This document shows positions 37,690 to 49,714 of a stretch of DNA of 64,000 nucleotides, piece by piece; within the stretch, counting starts at the first letter, position 1; the number at the start of each line of letters is the position of its first letter. The notes beneath the pieces are model-generated. The model worked only from the letters and a program-made list of their open reading frames with translations, was not told the origin of the DNA and did no database searches. Position numbers and translations under genes: made by a program. The stretch is from Psammoneis japonica. Its lineage: Eukaryota. The stretch is from the NCBI GenBank assembly GCA_008632985.1, contig QPGO01000103.1:62001-126000 (forward strand). The letters are read 5' to 3'.

Positions 37690-40500
37690 AACCTTCTGCC
37701 CTGCAATGGCTCAGTCATGAAGTTGCTGAGCACATCATCAGTTGGACAGCACTTGCCCTCAATTTGCCATTCTTGACATGATTGGCAACAAAGAAATGCC
37801 AAACATTCAGTGCTCTGGATTCCTTCCCAGCGCTGCTGTGCCCACTCATTTCCAACAGCATGGTGCTCTTGTCATCCTGGTGCAGGACATTCTTGTCAAT
37901 CACATGTGCCCCTGGTGCTCCATGAACAACTTTGTCCACAGAATCACAGCCATTGCATCATTGACTCCTGCAACAAGTTCAGCCTCTGTGCTGCTCCGGG
38001 TGTTGAGCTTCTGGCATTTTGATGTGACACGCACTGCTGCTCCATTGCCCATGGTTGCAACCCCTGCTTCCATGTGACTCTCAAAACCAGGGTGCAGCAC
38101 AAACAGTGCATCTGTGCACCACTTGATTGCTTGGAGGTCCTTTGCACTCGGTGCAGGCAGTGACTCAAAATTTTGTGTCCGGTTTAAAAATGCTTGATGC
38201 AACTGACTGGTGTTTTCCCCAGCCCTTGCTTGTTGGTGGGCTCTCTGACCTGTGTGAGCAATGCTGTGACAGCAGGGTGTGCATCCATGTGGCCTCTCTT
38301 GGGTGCAAACAGTCCTTTGGCCACCCACATGTGTGGAGTGCCTTTGCTTCATTGGCCAGCAATCTTGTGCCACCTGCAGTGTCAAATGGGTTATCTCCAG
38401 CTGGCGCATCAGGGCAGGATCCACACTCTTGATCTGTTCTGGGAGCTGATTGATCATCTTGCAAATGCAGCTGGTCATGTTGACTTTCACCTTGCCCTTG
38501 TGGCTGAAATCCAGGATGAAATCAAAGCAGTTGTGCTTCTTTCCTTGTGCTGCAATGACCATCTTGTTGAGCCAGCTCAAGAGTTTGTCATTTGCTTCTG
38601 GACTCTTGTGGCTTGAGCAGGTCATCCACATAGAAAAACACAGTGAGCTGCTTGCCATTGACTGTTTGAGTGGCAACGCATGGATCATGTGGGTTGAACT
38701 TGAGCCAACTTTCTCCCAAGTCTTTGCAAAATTGCTCATGCCACAGAAGAGCTGCAACTGACATGCCATGTGTGGCTCCAAAGACTTGGATGCAGATGGC
38801 TCTCTTTCCCTTTTCTATGACCGCCAATGGTCTGCACAGGTTGGGATCAATGCTTGCTGGGCTTGTTGGCACTCCTGCAATTTTCATCATGATGCTGTCT
38901 TCACCCTCCTCTGGCTCTGGAGCCAATGTCTGAATGAATGCACTCAGTGCATTGGCGCTCATTCTGGCTCAGCACAAAGGCACACAGCCCAATGTTGTTG
39001 ACTCTGAATGCCGTGGCTTGCTTGTCAATCTTCTTGTCTGGCAGCTGGAGCTCATCTGCCACTGGGTTGTCATGTGTTGTTCAGCGCTTGCTCTTCATGT
39101 CCTCCACAAACTGAGGATGTTTGCCACTGCTTTCTCTGTTGCAAGCTTTCTGTGTCCACCCATCCGGGCATGGTGGCTGCAGTCATCTTCTGGGGTGTTC
39201 ACTCCTGGCTGTGTTTGCTTGTGGACATGTCAATCTTGATCATCTTGGCCAGCTGCACATTGTGCGCCAATCTCTGGCTTGCTGCCATGCTGAGGGTGGA
39301 GCCATTGTCAAGGATGATCTCATCCCTGTCAATGCCTGTGCTGGCCATTGGCTTGATCTGTGGCACTCATTTCTGGTTTTTTGTTTGCCAGCTGCAGCCC
39401 ATGCCATGAAGCACTCCTGCTCCAGCTGGAATGGGTTGATCTGTTGGATCCAGTGATGTTGATGCTCACGTTGTTCCCTTCCACCAACAAGTGGTCATCA
39501 CACCTCCAGCTCATTTCTGTGCATGATTCTGCGCCCCAATGTTTGGCTTCCTTCTGGCACTCTTGAACCAATTGTCACGTGCAACGCTGCTTCAACACCT
39601 GCAGTCTGGGGACTTGTGACTCAGTTTGCCACAGCAGTGTGACACATTGTGGTGTCATTCTGGCCACTCTTCTGGGCATGCTCTGGTCCTTTGTGTTGTT
39701 GGGTCAATTTGTTGTTGTTGTTGCCATTGCTGCTCTTGTCATCTCTGCATTCATTGTTCCTCCTCCTGTGTTGATTGTAAGAAGATCTTTGTCTTTTGGA
39801 TGGTTCAGCAGTGCATCCTTTGCCTTCTCTAGAGTCTTTCTTGGACAGGCATCTTTGCCTGAACCACAGTCTCTGACAAAGCTCTTCTTCAGACTCTTGT
39901 GGCAATGATTGCCACTGTTCTCCACAAACAGACATGTTGTCCACACCTCAAATGCTGACTTCTTTAGCTCATCTTTAAGAGTCATTTTGGCATCTTGGCA
40001 ATCCTTGGCATTGGAGACAAACCCACCCAGCATTCTGTCTCCCAATCCTTTGCTGCTTGCAGCATCTTGCTGATTCTTGAATCTTGAGAGGCGGCAATTG
40101 TTCAACATCTTGTTCTCTTGTTGGCTCACATCTGGAATGTTCTTCAGGGCCTTGACAACAATTGCATGGAGTGGATGTCAACCTCTCATTGTGTCAAAAG
40201 CAAGGGCAGGATTGGACCAGCTTCAGCAATTTAATCAAGTTGTTCCCAATGTTGAGGCAACTGGATTGGCTTGCACTCTTTGCTTCACATTTGCTTGGTG
40301 CTGCAGTCATTCAAATTCTTGGTGAGTGCAGTTGTCTTTTTTGCTTTGAGCTGCTTTGCTTTCTTGTGGTGGTCACTTGGCTCTGCTTGTGCTGGTGTTG
40401 TAGTCTCCAGCACCTTCTGGTGTCCCTTGGCTGCCTCTTCAGGCACTTTTTCCTTGAACACATTTGAGCAATTGATCATGGGAGGCTGAGACAGCTGGCA
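37690..40500 (-). mobile_element. Decayed Ty1/Copia LTR retrotransposon (gag, RT and RNase H remnants)
   Basis: RT: FNPHDPCVA, FFYVDDL, GKKHNC..LDFS..GKVKVNM; RNase H: QKLNTRSSTEAELV, LHQDDKSTMLLE..SRALNVWHFF; gag-like GKDACP.KTLEKAKDALLNH; many frameshifts; LTRs not identified. Confidence 0.9.
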
Positions 40501-41845
40501 CTTGCTTCTGCCATGCTGCTGATGCTGAGGCTCAGTGAGTGAGGTGTTGTTTGGTTGGGTGTTCTCCATGTTTCACATGTGCGGAGCCAACAATGCCATG
40601 CCCACACTTTGTTTGCACAGAAAGATTGCACCTGACATGAAGGGTGGCAGGGCAGTCAAAGCATGAAGGAGCTGAGCCCACTTCAATCTTGAGGCAACCC
40701 AAGAAGAAGAAACAAACAAACAAAGAACACTGCAAAAAGCAGCAAATCTGGACATTTGGAGGACAAACAATGGAGGAATCCTCTCTAAAAATCCACCAAA
40801 AAGGGCAAGCTGCACAACAGCAAAGAGAAGCACTGCACCAGTGAGTGGTGCATTGCTGTCCACAAGGCCACCTGCCTTGAGTGGCTCCAAAAAATGACCT
40901 TGCCCACATCATCCAAAATGACCACACATGTCCTGGGTCCTGGTGCAGACTGCAGGAGGATGCACATGCAGGCTTCAGACATGCACAAGAAAGACAAGGA
41001 GGGGGCTGTCACTGCATGGCAAGAAACCAGCAACTCTCTTTCTCTTGGCAGTCAAAATGAAGGACTGTCCACTGCAAGGAAAAGTGAGGCAACCTTGAAG
41101 GCAAAGGAAGGTTGGCTTGAGGAAAAAATCAAAGCCAAATCCCACACTCATCCAACCAGAGCAAAGCCAAGTGCAGCAGTTGAAAACATGACTTTGCCAT
41201 GGATTGAAGCAGCAGCACAAAAACATTGTCTTGCACTGGGAAATCTGAGGCTGGGCAGATGCTCCCCAACAACTGGGGAGAAGCAAAGGCAAAGGATGTC
41301 AACAAGAGATGCAACAGGGTCATGCACTCTTGTGAAGCTGGCATGACAAGGTGCCCAACAAATTTGGCACTGTCCCTCCCATGGCATTTTGCAACAAAGA
41401 CCATGTTTCAACATTGCAAGAGCCCAAAAGGGAGCACACCTTGGGCAAAAAGGGAGGGTGCACAATGCATGGTGGCATCTGAGCTGGGGAAAAGGAGAAG
41501 GAGCAGCTTGCCATGCATGAGATGTGCAACCAAGTGCACAAAAGACAAGTTTGACAGCAACCATCCCTTTGAATGCATTGCTGTCATGGAAGTGTCAAGG
41601 ACCACCAACTCTTGGGGCAGTGAGCTCACAAATGATGCAACAGGAAGGAAAGCAGCAGCGCCAGCTGTGCGCTTGCATTGACAACTTCAAAGGGTGCTCA
41701 AAACAGTGTGTCAAAGACATGGTTGCTCTGACCCACAAGCTGTGCTTCTTGACAGAGTGGCAGGAGAAGTTGGACCCAAAGCAGCCTTTTGACATTTTGA
41801 CCAACAAAACATGGAGGCAAGGCATCACACTGGGGACTTCATGAT

Positions 41846-41886
<41 letters not shown>

Positions 41887-42294
41887 CACANNNNNNNNNN
41901 NNNNNNNNNNNNNNNNNNNNNNNNNNNNNNNNNNNNNNNNNNNNNNNNNNNNNNNNNNNNNNNNNNNNNNNNNNNNNNNNNNNNNNNNNNNNNNNNNNNN
42001 NNNNNNNNNNNNNNNNNNNNNNNNNNNNNNNNNNNNNNNNNNNNNNNNNNNNNNNNNNNNNNNNNNNNNNNNNNNNNNNNNNNNNNNNNNNNNNNNNNNN
42101 NNNNNNNNNNNNNNNNNNNNNNNNNNNNNNNNNNNNNNNNNNNNNNNNNNNNNNNNNNNNNNNNNNNNNNNNNNNNNNNNNNNNNNNNNNNNNNNNNNNN
42201 NNNNNNNNNNNNNNNNNNNNNNNNNNNNNNNNNNNNNNNNNNNNNNNNNNNNNNNNNNNNNNNNNNNNNNNCACACACACACACACACACACAC
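41846..42294. repeat. (CA)n microsatellite flanking an N gap (41891-42271)
   Basis: CA repeats on both sides of the N run. Confidence 0.95.
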
Positions 42295-43525
42295 CAAAAG
42301 CCCCTGTCAGTGCTGTTGACAACCTGGCAAGGATCCAGCCAGTGAGCACAGCGCAGCTTGTGCAGCCATCTTTGATGAGAGACAGCGGCAGAGTGCAGAG
42401 ACAGCAGAAACACTGGCAGCAATGCAGCAGGCAAAGATGCGGTGACTCCACCCACAAGAAGTCAGATGGTTTTTGATGAAATTCATGCAGAGGATGAGGA
42501 GGAGGGTTGGCTCTGCAGCCCTCAAGCTTTGCCCTCAGCAGAGTCAATCTTGGGTTGGCGACTTTGTCCCTTGGAAGTTGACAGTGTGCGCTGTCCTTGC
42601 AGCTTCAGCAGCAGCAGCTGAAGCTCCAGACCTCAGAGCAGTGATCAGGGTGCGCACAATTTCATCTCAGCTGGCTGTTTGACATTGTTCATGCGCACCA
42701 ATCCATGCAGCAAGACAACCTGCCACTCATCCTTTTTTCTTCTTTGGAAGAAATGAGGGGAGATGCTGCTCAAGAATCGAGCAGTGCTGCAGCTTGCTGG
42801 ATGTTGTCACCAAGTGCAACCCATGGTTGGCTGCCAAAAGAAGGGCGGTGTGGGGTGGGGCGGGGCTGGGGAGAGACCCCTGCTCTGCCATTGGACCGCG
42901 CTGCACAGACACCTGGTGGGAGCAACCAAACATTTCAGTGGGGTTGTCTTTTTCACAAAAAAATGTTGCGTTGAAAGATGACCTGCCACCCACTGGCTGC
43001 TGGTTGGATTTCATGTGTGCAGCTGGCAACCAAAGCTCTGTGGCAAAGAGAGGTGCCGTGTGTGCCGAGCCCCTGATGATGGAAAAATCCACCACCCAGC
43101 TGAAAAAACTCAGCCCAACTCACCTTGTCTTGGGGCGGAATGGCCACAGTTTGCAAAAGAAGAAATGGAACGAACCTTGGCTAAAAGGAAATTATGAGAA
43201 AGCATGCACAGGTAGAATCATGAGCCAAACCCGACAGTGTCATCACCGATGAAACACATCAGCCTGACATGATCAGATGGACGGCAAAGCCAGACTTCCG
43301 TGTGACGATCAGACCGTCAGAATTCGCTCGGTCCGTCCGTCCGCGGCGCTCGCTCGTGTTTCGGTCTCGAGCCTCTCGACGATGAGCGACGCGAGCGCAA
43401 GAAAAGAGCAACGCGAACACCACAGCAGAACAACAACACGACTTGGTACTTCTATTTGATCATGAATGTAACATGTCTGCGATTTGCGACTACACAACAC
43501 TATTTATCAATTATAACGTCGAGTC

Positions 43526-44545
43526 ATGAATCGCCGTGCACTGAGAAGATTGCACTCCAGTGATGCCAAAGCTCTAGCAGAATTCTACCGCGAACCGCGT
43601 CGAAGCAACTGGTTTGAAGAACAGAGGAGATTGATACCATTCCTCGAAGACTTGATCGTTTGCGGTGCCAACATTCTGACAGGTCGATTGCGTTCGAACG
43701 ACCCGAGTTTTACGGAGCTTGTCCTCTCTAAGAGCGAATCTTCCTATTATTACGTCAGAGACTCAGAGAACCCAAGGCTGCAGAATAGGCTTGCAGAGTT
43801 GTTGGACGCCTTGCGAGCTAATTGCACTCTGCAGCGCGCAAAAATTGATAATGACTTTGTGAGTGTCTTATCCGAAGAGGAATGTGGTTTGCTCGTTTCC
43901 ACGCTATTGCAAATAAAGACATTCAAGGAGTTATACTTTGAAGAATGCCATATGTGTCCGTGTAACGTTCCAGCATCAGCCCTCGAGGAAATACTTCGAC
44001 ATGACCGACTGGAGCGTCTGGGACTAGCTCAGGCAAAATCTCCTGGTGACCACATTGGGTGGCACGAAGATCGGACCGATACATCTGTCATTGAATTCGC
44101 TCACATTTTCATGACGGCAGGTCGTAGTGCCACGCCCAGGGTCATTGAGATCGGACCAGTCAAATCTACCGCTGGCCTTGCTGCGCTTGAAGAACTTGTC
44201 AGGGTTAACCGCAGCGTTGAGGGGTTGACTTTCACCTGTGCGAGCGTTTCTAGTCCGGATCTTCAAAAGCGCCTGAAGGGGAAGATTGCCATGCATCTCT
44301 GCTTGAATCGAGCTGGATGGGTGCGGTTGTTGCCACTACCAGGGGAGGAAGTCTCCATGCAAGACCGCTGCGAGGTGATTTTGGAAGCATGCTGCATGGG
44401 ATCGGATGATGGCACCGCTGCTTCATTAGGCGCAGTGTTCGTTTTGATTCGCGACGAACCCAATGTAGTCAGTTTCTGGGTTCCTGATATGATCCCGGAC
44501 AAAATGACTGACTGGGCTGGACAAAGTCACAAGTTGCCAGTATAG
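43526..44545 (+). CDS. RNI-like/leucine-rich repeat protein of an expanded diatom-type family
   Basis: Intact 339-aa ORF with normal codon content; RLRSNDPSFTELVL, DALRANCTLQ, C-terminal LCLNRAG..RLL. Confidence 0.6.
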   Translation: MNRRALRRLHSSDAKALAEFYREPRRSNWFEEQRRLIPFLEDLIVCGANILTGRLRSNDPSFTELVLSKSESSYYYVRDSENPRLQNRLAELLDALRANCTLQRAKIDNDFVSVLSEEECGLLVSTLLQIKTFKELYFEECHMCPCNVPASALEEILRHDRLERLGLAQAKSPGDHIGWHEDRTDTSVIEFAHIFMTAGRSATPRVIEIGPVKSTAGLAALEELVRVNRSVEGLTFTCASVSSPDLQKRLKGKIAMHLCLNRAGWVRLLPLPGEEVSMQDRCEVILEACCMGSDDGTAASLGAVFVLIRDEPNVVSFWVPDMIPDKMTDWAGQSHKLPV

Positions 44546-45371
44546 AGTGATTCAGTTAATCCATATGGTAGAGGGTGATGTGCCAGCCGGCGAACGCTAT
44601 CGAGGGAGGTGGCCTTGAACTCGTTGTAACATCCGAGTTTTTCCTCAGCCTCGGGGCCAGTCACCACCATGATAAATGGCATTATCTCGTAGCCACATTC
44701 GAATGCCGCCTTGAAATACTAGTACGAAGGTTTCGTTTGAATTGATTCTGCACCTATCTACAGTGTGAAGATCATCTTGTTCTTGCTACTTGTAGTGCAA
44801 ATCAGCTCCTACGAATGAGCGACATGTACTCCCCTCGTATTCATAATTTGATCAACGTGAAACTCCGAACCAACTCCTTTGCCCCCGTGTATTAATACCG
44901 GTTTTGCTTGATGGGATTTAGAGGAAAAGCATGGACTTCTCCTCCACAGTTCTGAACTGCAATTCCTACTTGAAGAATTTTGACGCATAGGCATACAAAT
45001 TGAGGAAATAATCTAAAGTTGTACAGTAGTAGATGTTGTGTGGAAAGCTACAACTGGTCAAGCACTCTAGCCGTGATCTTCCCCAAGGAGAACATTGTCA
45101 ACCTTCTTACTGCCTCGATGTGCGCCACGTTTCCAACACTGACCCACGGTCTAAGCTTTGCCATACCACATCCTCGATCTAATCGTGGACGTTCCAATAC
45201 AAACGAATCTCGTCAATGCTTCCAAATTCAAGATTTGCCGACGCGGAGCACAAAACCCGGAGCTCGTCTCCCAAAGCATCCGAACACACCCCAATGCTAG
45301 CTTTGACACATAACGTCCTCGATCCAATCGCAAACGTTCAACGCGACGACCTTCTGTGAAGAATGATCTCA

Positions 45372-47561
45372 TTAGTACCCCCAAAATTCAAGATTCGCCA
45401 ATGCCGAGCGCAAAAGCCGGAGCTCCTTTCCCAACGGCATGCCGACGTACTCGGCAATCAGCTTTCTAAAGCCAACATTTGTCTCGTGTCCACGGTCCAA
45501 CCGTGTTAACTTGCAGCGCTTGGCGGGAGCGACATGTGGAGTGACAATGTCAATACCACGAAGAAACTCGCAAATAAAAATGTCGGCAACGCTGAGCCTC
45601 TTGCGGACCTCGACCGCGAACTCGACAAGATTGGAGAAGTCTTTGGAGTAGAGACTGTGGCGAAAGACTTGGAGCGTCTTTCGGCTCGAGCCAATGGCAA
45701 GTAGCAATAAATCAAACTCATCTCGAAACTTTTTGCCGACAATCTTGATGGATCTTGCCTCCACTTCAATCGCCGCCTCAACGAAATCGCGGTCTTCAAC
45801 TGGAGCAAGTTCGAGTTCGAAATAAGGCAAAGAAGCGCGTAGATGAGCGAGGTGCACTTCATGGTCTGCGCTGTGACATTCTTTCACAATTCGTTCCAAC
45901 TCGCTTCCGCAAGTAATGGCCCCACCACATTGAATATAGGTCAATAGTACACTACGGTCGCGGAACACATCAAGGGGCAGATAATCGAGCAACCAACTAA
46001 GAAATTTCTCTTCACTTGCCGATTCAATGATCTGTCTGACAATTCCGAAGTCTTGCATAAGCAGTTGCTCCATCACTTGCTCCGGTATGAATCTAAGAGT
46101 GTACGGCAGCTCCGAAATATCTTTTGAAGTCAGTGTAGCCAACACAAGATCAGGATCGAGTTTAAGCCGTAAGCTGCAATGTTCAAAGTGTTGCGCATTG
46201 AAAGCACATGCAGCCGCCATGACTGTCTTGTTTTCCCGAATCCGCTGCGACGAAACCTCAAAGAAATAAGCCTCGCACTTTTCTGCTACAGCAAGCATAG
46301 CTTCGGGATTGTCAGAGAGCTCCGGGCAACAGTCCAGCACCATCTCTGTCGTTGAATCGCACAGTGAGCCATCTGAAGTCAGCACTGCGAGTCCTACTTC
46401 CGGTATTTTTTTGATGTCTTCGGGTAGATTTCGATACAGTCCACTCGAACACCTAATGAGTTTCATAAAGAGAGGACGGTTCTGATAATACATATCATGG
46501 AGATTGGGAATTTCTGATAGTCCATTCTGCACGGCCAGGAGAATCAAATTATCGTCCATTTGATCCCGCCCGCTTGCGTGCTCCAACATTGCTCCTCCTC
46601 CATTCGACAGAATGACCCGCAGATTCTTTCGCTTGAGTAGTCGTGTTCGTGTCGATCCCTCTGGCACGTACTGTAACGCCATTCCGTCTTGCTTGCAGGC
46701 TGCCATGGCCACGTCAAAGTCTTCCAGAAGACACGGATCTGATACAAAACGAAGGTTTGATCCACGTTTCTTGACGGCTGCCATGACAATATCTTCATCC
46801 GAGAGCAATGGCTCCAAAAGTTCGCTCAGATGCTCGTATTCCCGCGAGCACTCTTTTGAACTTTTCCTAATGGATGTCAAGACGAGTCGGTGGTCCATTT
46901 GAAGTTTGGAAGAGGTGAACTTGACACACCTGATGCCGTGGCTTCGATTGAGCGCCACTCGGACAAGTGAACGATCGCCACGTAACTTCTTGGACGCGAA
47001 CCTCAGTGCAAAGGGAGCAAAGTCGAACTTCTGTCGAATCGCCGTCAGCACCAACTCTCGATCGTTCTTCAACCGCGTTGACGCAAATTCCAGCGCCCAC
47101 GGATTCTTGCTACAGACAGACATCATGACTTCCTTGTCGTTGCGAAATTTTGACGGAACGCAAAAGCATCGATTTTTGTAGTAATCTTCAAAGTCGTCGA
47201 GCTCCAAGCGAGCCATGAAGACCTCCTTATCGTTCTGAATCGTCTTTGGGTATTTTCGTTCAAACATGTTCCATCTCATGCTGTCAGGTACAACGTCGCT
47301 CTTCAGCGCTATCAACACGTTTTCCTTGTATTTCTGTCCACTCCAATACTGGTAACTATACGCATAATTGGCATCACATAGCAATGACGCCCTGCGTGTG
47401 CGTTTTTCGTGCTCTGCCGACAACGCTCCGACTCGGCTTCGCTTTAACTCCATGTCTCGGCACAATTCCATCATTTCTGTCGTGCGACTCAAGCCAGCAT
47501 CGCTGCTTTCCTCCTCTTCCACTGAACTCATTTCTGTCCGTTCTCTAAAGCCCCTCATCAA
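45372..47561 (-). CDS. DUF4116-repeat protein
   Basis: Repeated units DKEVMMSVCSKNPWALEFASTRLKNDRELVLTAI, DEDIVMAAVKKRGSNLRFVS, DFDVAMAACKQDGMALQYV in a 729-aa ORF; start codon uncertain. Confidence 0.85.
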   Translation of the reverse strand: MMRGFRERTEMSSVEEEESSDAGLSRTTEMMELCRDMELKRSRVGALSAEHEKRTRRASLLCDANYAYSYQYWSGQKYKENVLIALKSDVVPDSMRWNMFERKYPKTIQNDKEVFMARLELDDFEDYYKNRCFCVPSKFRNDKEVMMSVCSKNPWALEFASTRLKNDRELVLTAIRQKFDFAPFALRFASKKLRGDRSLVRVALNRSHGIRCVKFTSSKLQMDHRLVLTSIRKSSKECSREYEHLSELLEPLLSDEDIVMAAVKKRGSNLRFVSDPCLLEDFDVAMAACKQDGMALQYVPEGSTRTRLLKRKNLRVILSNGGGAMLEHASGRDQMDDNLILLAVQNGLSEIPNLHDMYYQNRPLFMKLIRCSSGLYRNLPEDIKKIPEVGLAVLTSDGSLCDSTTEMVLDCCPELSDNPEAMLAVAEKCEAYFFEVSSQRIRENKTVMAAACAFNAQHFEHCSLRLKLDPDLVLATLTSKDISELPYTLRFIPEQVMEQLLMQDFGIVRQIIESASEEKFLSWLLDYLPLDVFRDRSVLLTYIQCGGAITCGSELERIVKECHSADHEVHLAHLRASLPYFELELAPVEDRDFVEAAIEVEARSIKIVGKKFRDEFDLLLLAIGSSRKTLQVFRHSLYSKDFSNLVEFAVEVRKRLSVADIFICEFLRGIDIVTPHVAPAKRCKLTRLDRGHETNVGFRKLIAEYVGMPLGKELRLLRSALANLEFWGY

Positions 47562-47869
47562 TCAAAGCACGTGAAGTAGCAACGTCGTTTCCCTTGTCGG
47601 CTCGTTGCTTCTCGAGGTTGCTGTTGCCGTCGATGTTACCGGCAGTGGTATGTTGATGTGTCGGATGTCAGATCGACAATGCTGCGATTCCATCATGCGC
47701 GCTCCTGCGCCGTATCAATTGTGCGTTGCTTTGCACGTGACTTCTTCTTGGCGGGAAGTTTTGAACCACCGGAGGGATGGTCGGACGGTTCCGTGAAGAC
47801 ACCTTCTTGCTTCGTCGTCTCCTCGTTCGGCGTTCCTTCTACTCCAGTGGCATTAGCTACATAATTGCA

Positions 47870-49320
47870 GTTCTCGCAGGCAAAGAAAGCCAAGCAGTGA
47901 CAGTGTGCTGTGATGGACACAGTGCACCACCAGCCATCTGGCATTGTCTGTGGTGGCAAGCAGAGCACCCAGGAAGAATGAAAAAGAGCTGTGCTGTTTC
48001 GCTTGTGATGCGATTTCTCTCATCCTCTGCATGCTCAGCCCCGCGGGCCCAGCACTGAGGAAAGTGCCCTCACTGTCTTTGAAAAAGTGACAGTTTTCAG
48101 ATTCACACATGATGGGCACCCCACATTTGACAAAGGGCAGCCGCCAGAGAGCACAAGAGAGATTGACAAAAGAGAGAGTGTTTGCCCCCCTCTCTTTTGC
48201 CACCCAACCAGCTGCAACATGCAGCTGGGTGGGGAGAAGTTTCTCCCCCACAAACACACAGCTCACATTGCAGAGCTGAGCACCACTTTCATGAAGAGCA
48301 ATGTTGGGTCAGGAGTTGGATCTGTTGCACACGCACGATTCTCTCACAAAAACAAAACAAAAAACTTCAAAGTCTCTGGAGGCTCACAATGCCCTCAATG
48401 TTCATGCATCAGCACGTCACAAGTTTTCCCAAGCTCATGCTTCTTCCAACACTTGATGCTGAAATGACTCCAAGGAACAAATCAGAGCACCAATGTCCAG
48501 CAGGGGGCGTCACCATCACCCCCCCCCCCCCCCGCTGAAAAGCTGGCGAGCCTTCTTGGCTGCTGGCAAGCTTTGTCAAGCTTCTCTCTTGTCACCAAAA
48601 CTTTTTTCTGCCATCACAACAGCACAAAAATTGCACTTGCCACACAAAGCTCACGACAAAAAAGACCAAATTGGGGGCCAAGCTTCCTCTCTTTTTTGGC
48701 GAAGCCTCGCTGGCAAAATTTGTGGCTGCAGCATTGCACTTGTGATGGAGACTCTGTTCAACTGCAACAATGGCCCTCTTTTGAATTGGCACACAGCACC
48801 AGAGGAACAGTGTGTCTTTGCAATCTCTTGCCCCTCTTGTGTTGCTGGTGAGGTCGTCTCAAAATTTTCTGATCGGCTGCAGCAAGCACCGCTTGTTTTG
48901 GTGTCTTCTTTTTTGACCCTGTGGCGGCATGCCTTGAAGAGCTGGCCAGGACTTGGCTTTGCTTGTTTCTGGTGCAGCAGCTTCTGCATTGTTTTGATCA
49001 CACTGCACCAGCCCTGCAGCCCCCCCCCCCTCTCCAAAAATCAAAAATTCAGCAGCTGTTTTCTCTTGCAGTGCTGTGCAAGCTTCTCAGCTGCTCTTTT
49101 CTCAGAGCTCGTCTTTTGCCATTTCTCATCTCATTGTCTCCAATGTTGTTGGGCCAATGCACTTTGCAAGTGCAGTGCATTTTGCTGGGTGACAATGTTT
49201 TCAAGAGAAGGAACTGCGTGATCATGTTGTTGTGCTGTGTCATGGTTTGGGGGATGAAGAATCAGCCTGCTGTTCTCGCGTTTTGTCTCTCATTGCTTTT
49301 TTCAATTTCAAATTGATTTT
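47870..49320. other. TpA- and CpG-depleted degenerate island 4
   Basis: Essentially no TA by eye over ~1.45 kb, TG/CA excess, poly-C runs near 48517-48533 and 49020-49030. Confidence 0.85.
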
Positions 49321-49714
49321 TGCTACTTTTCAGAAAAATGCCAAAAAATTGGCAATGCACTTTTCAGTAAGAAAAGGGATGCCCCCAAAGGATATCGTGC
49401 GTGCTACCCAGCACTATTTGAGGTGCTTTAGACAAAGGGGGACTTTAATGATTACTACTTACCCCCCCATGAGTCTTGTTGCCACCATTGGCTAAAAATT
49501 TCGCGACGCGGCATCTCTAATGCGTGCCAGCAACACCACGCATGACACGCACACACAAAAAGCCAACTGCGTTGCTGTCGCTGTTGTGGTTCTTTGCGTC
49601 TCCAAGCTTTCCGAGACGTGTTCGACATCCACCCATCCGACACGGTTGTGCTTTGAATTATTGAGAGGAAGCAGTGTGCGTGCACATATGTCTTAGAAAT
49701 TCATAGAGTTGGGA

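Larger units (their letters stand above)
33345..43190. other. TpA- and CpG-depleted degenerate island 3 (nested decayed transposons)
   Basis: About twenty TA by eye in ~9.8 kb; contains Copia and piggyBac-like remnants and an assembly gap. Confidence 0.88.

Noticed and set aside
37600..41850. LTR pair and target-site duplication for the Copia remnant
   Set aside because: No convincing direct repeats could be identified by eye given the level of decay.
41846..42294. ORFs spanning the (CA)n tract and N gap
   Set aside because: Artefacts of translating a microsatellite and unknown bases.
33345..43190. Classical fungal-type RIP
   Set aside because: RIP increases TpA and AT content, whereas here TpA is lost and CpA is abundant.
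23406..43252. Long Cys/His-rich ORFs in the islands as real metal-binding proteins or as an alternative genetic code
   Set aside because: They overlap in all six frames, lack Tyr and follow from TA depletion; flanking genes use the standard code and stops.
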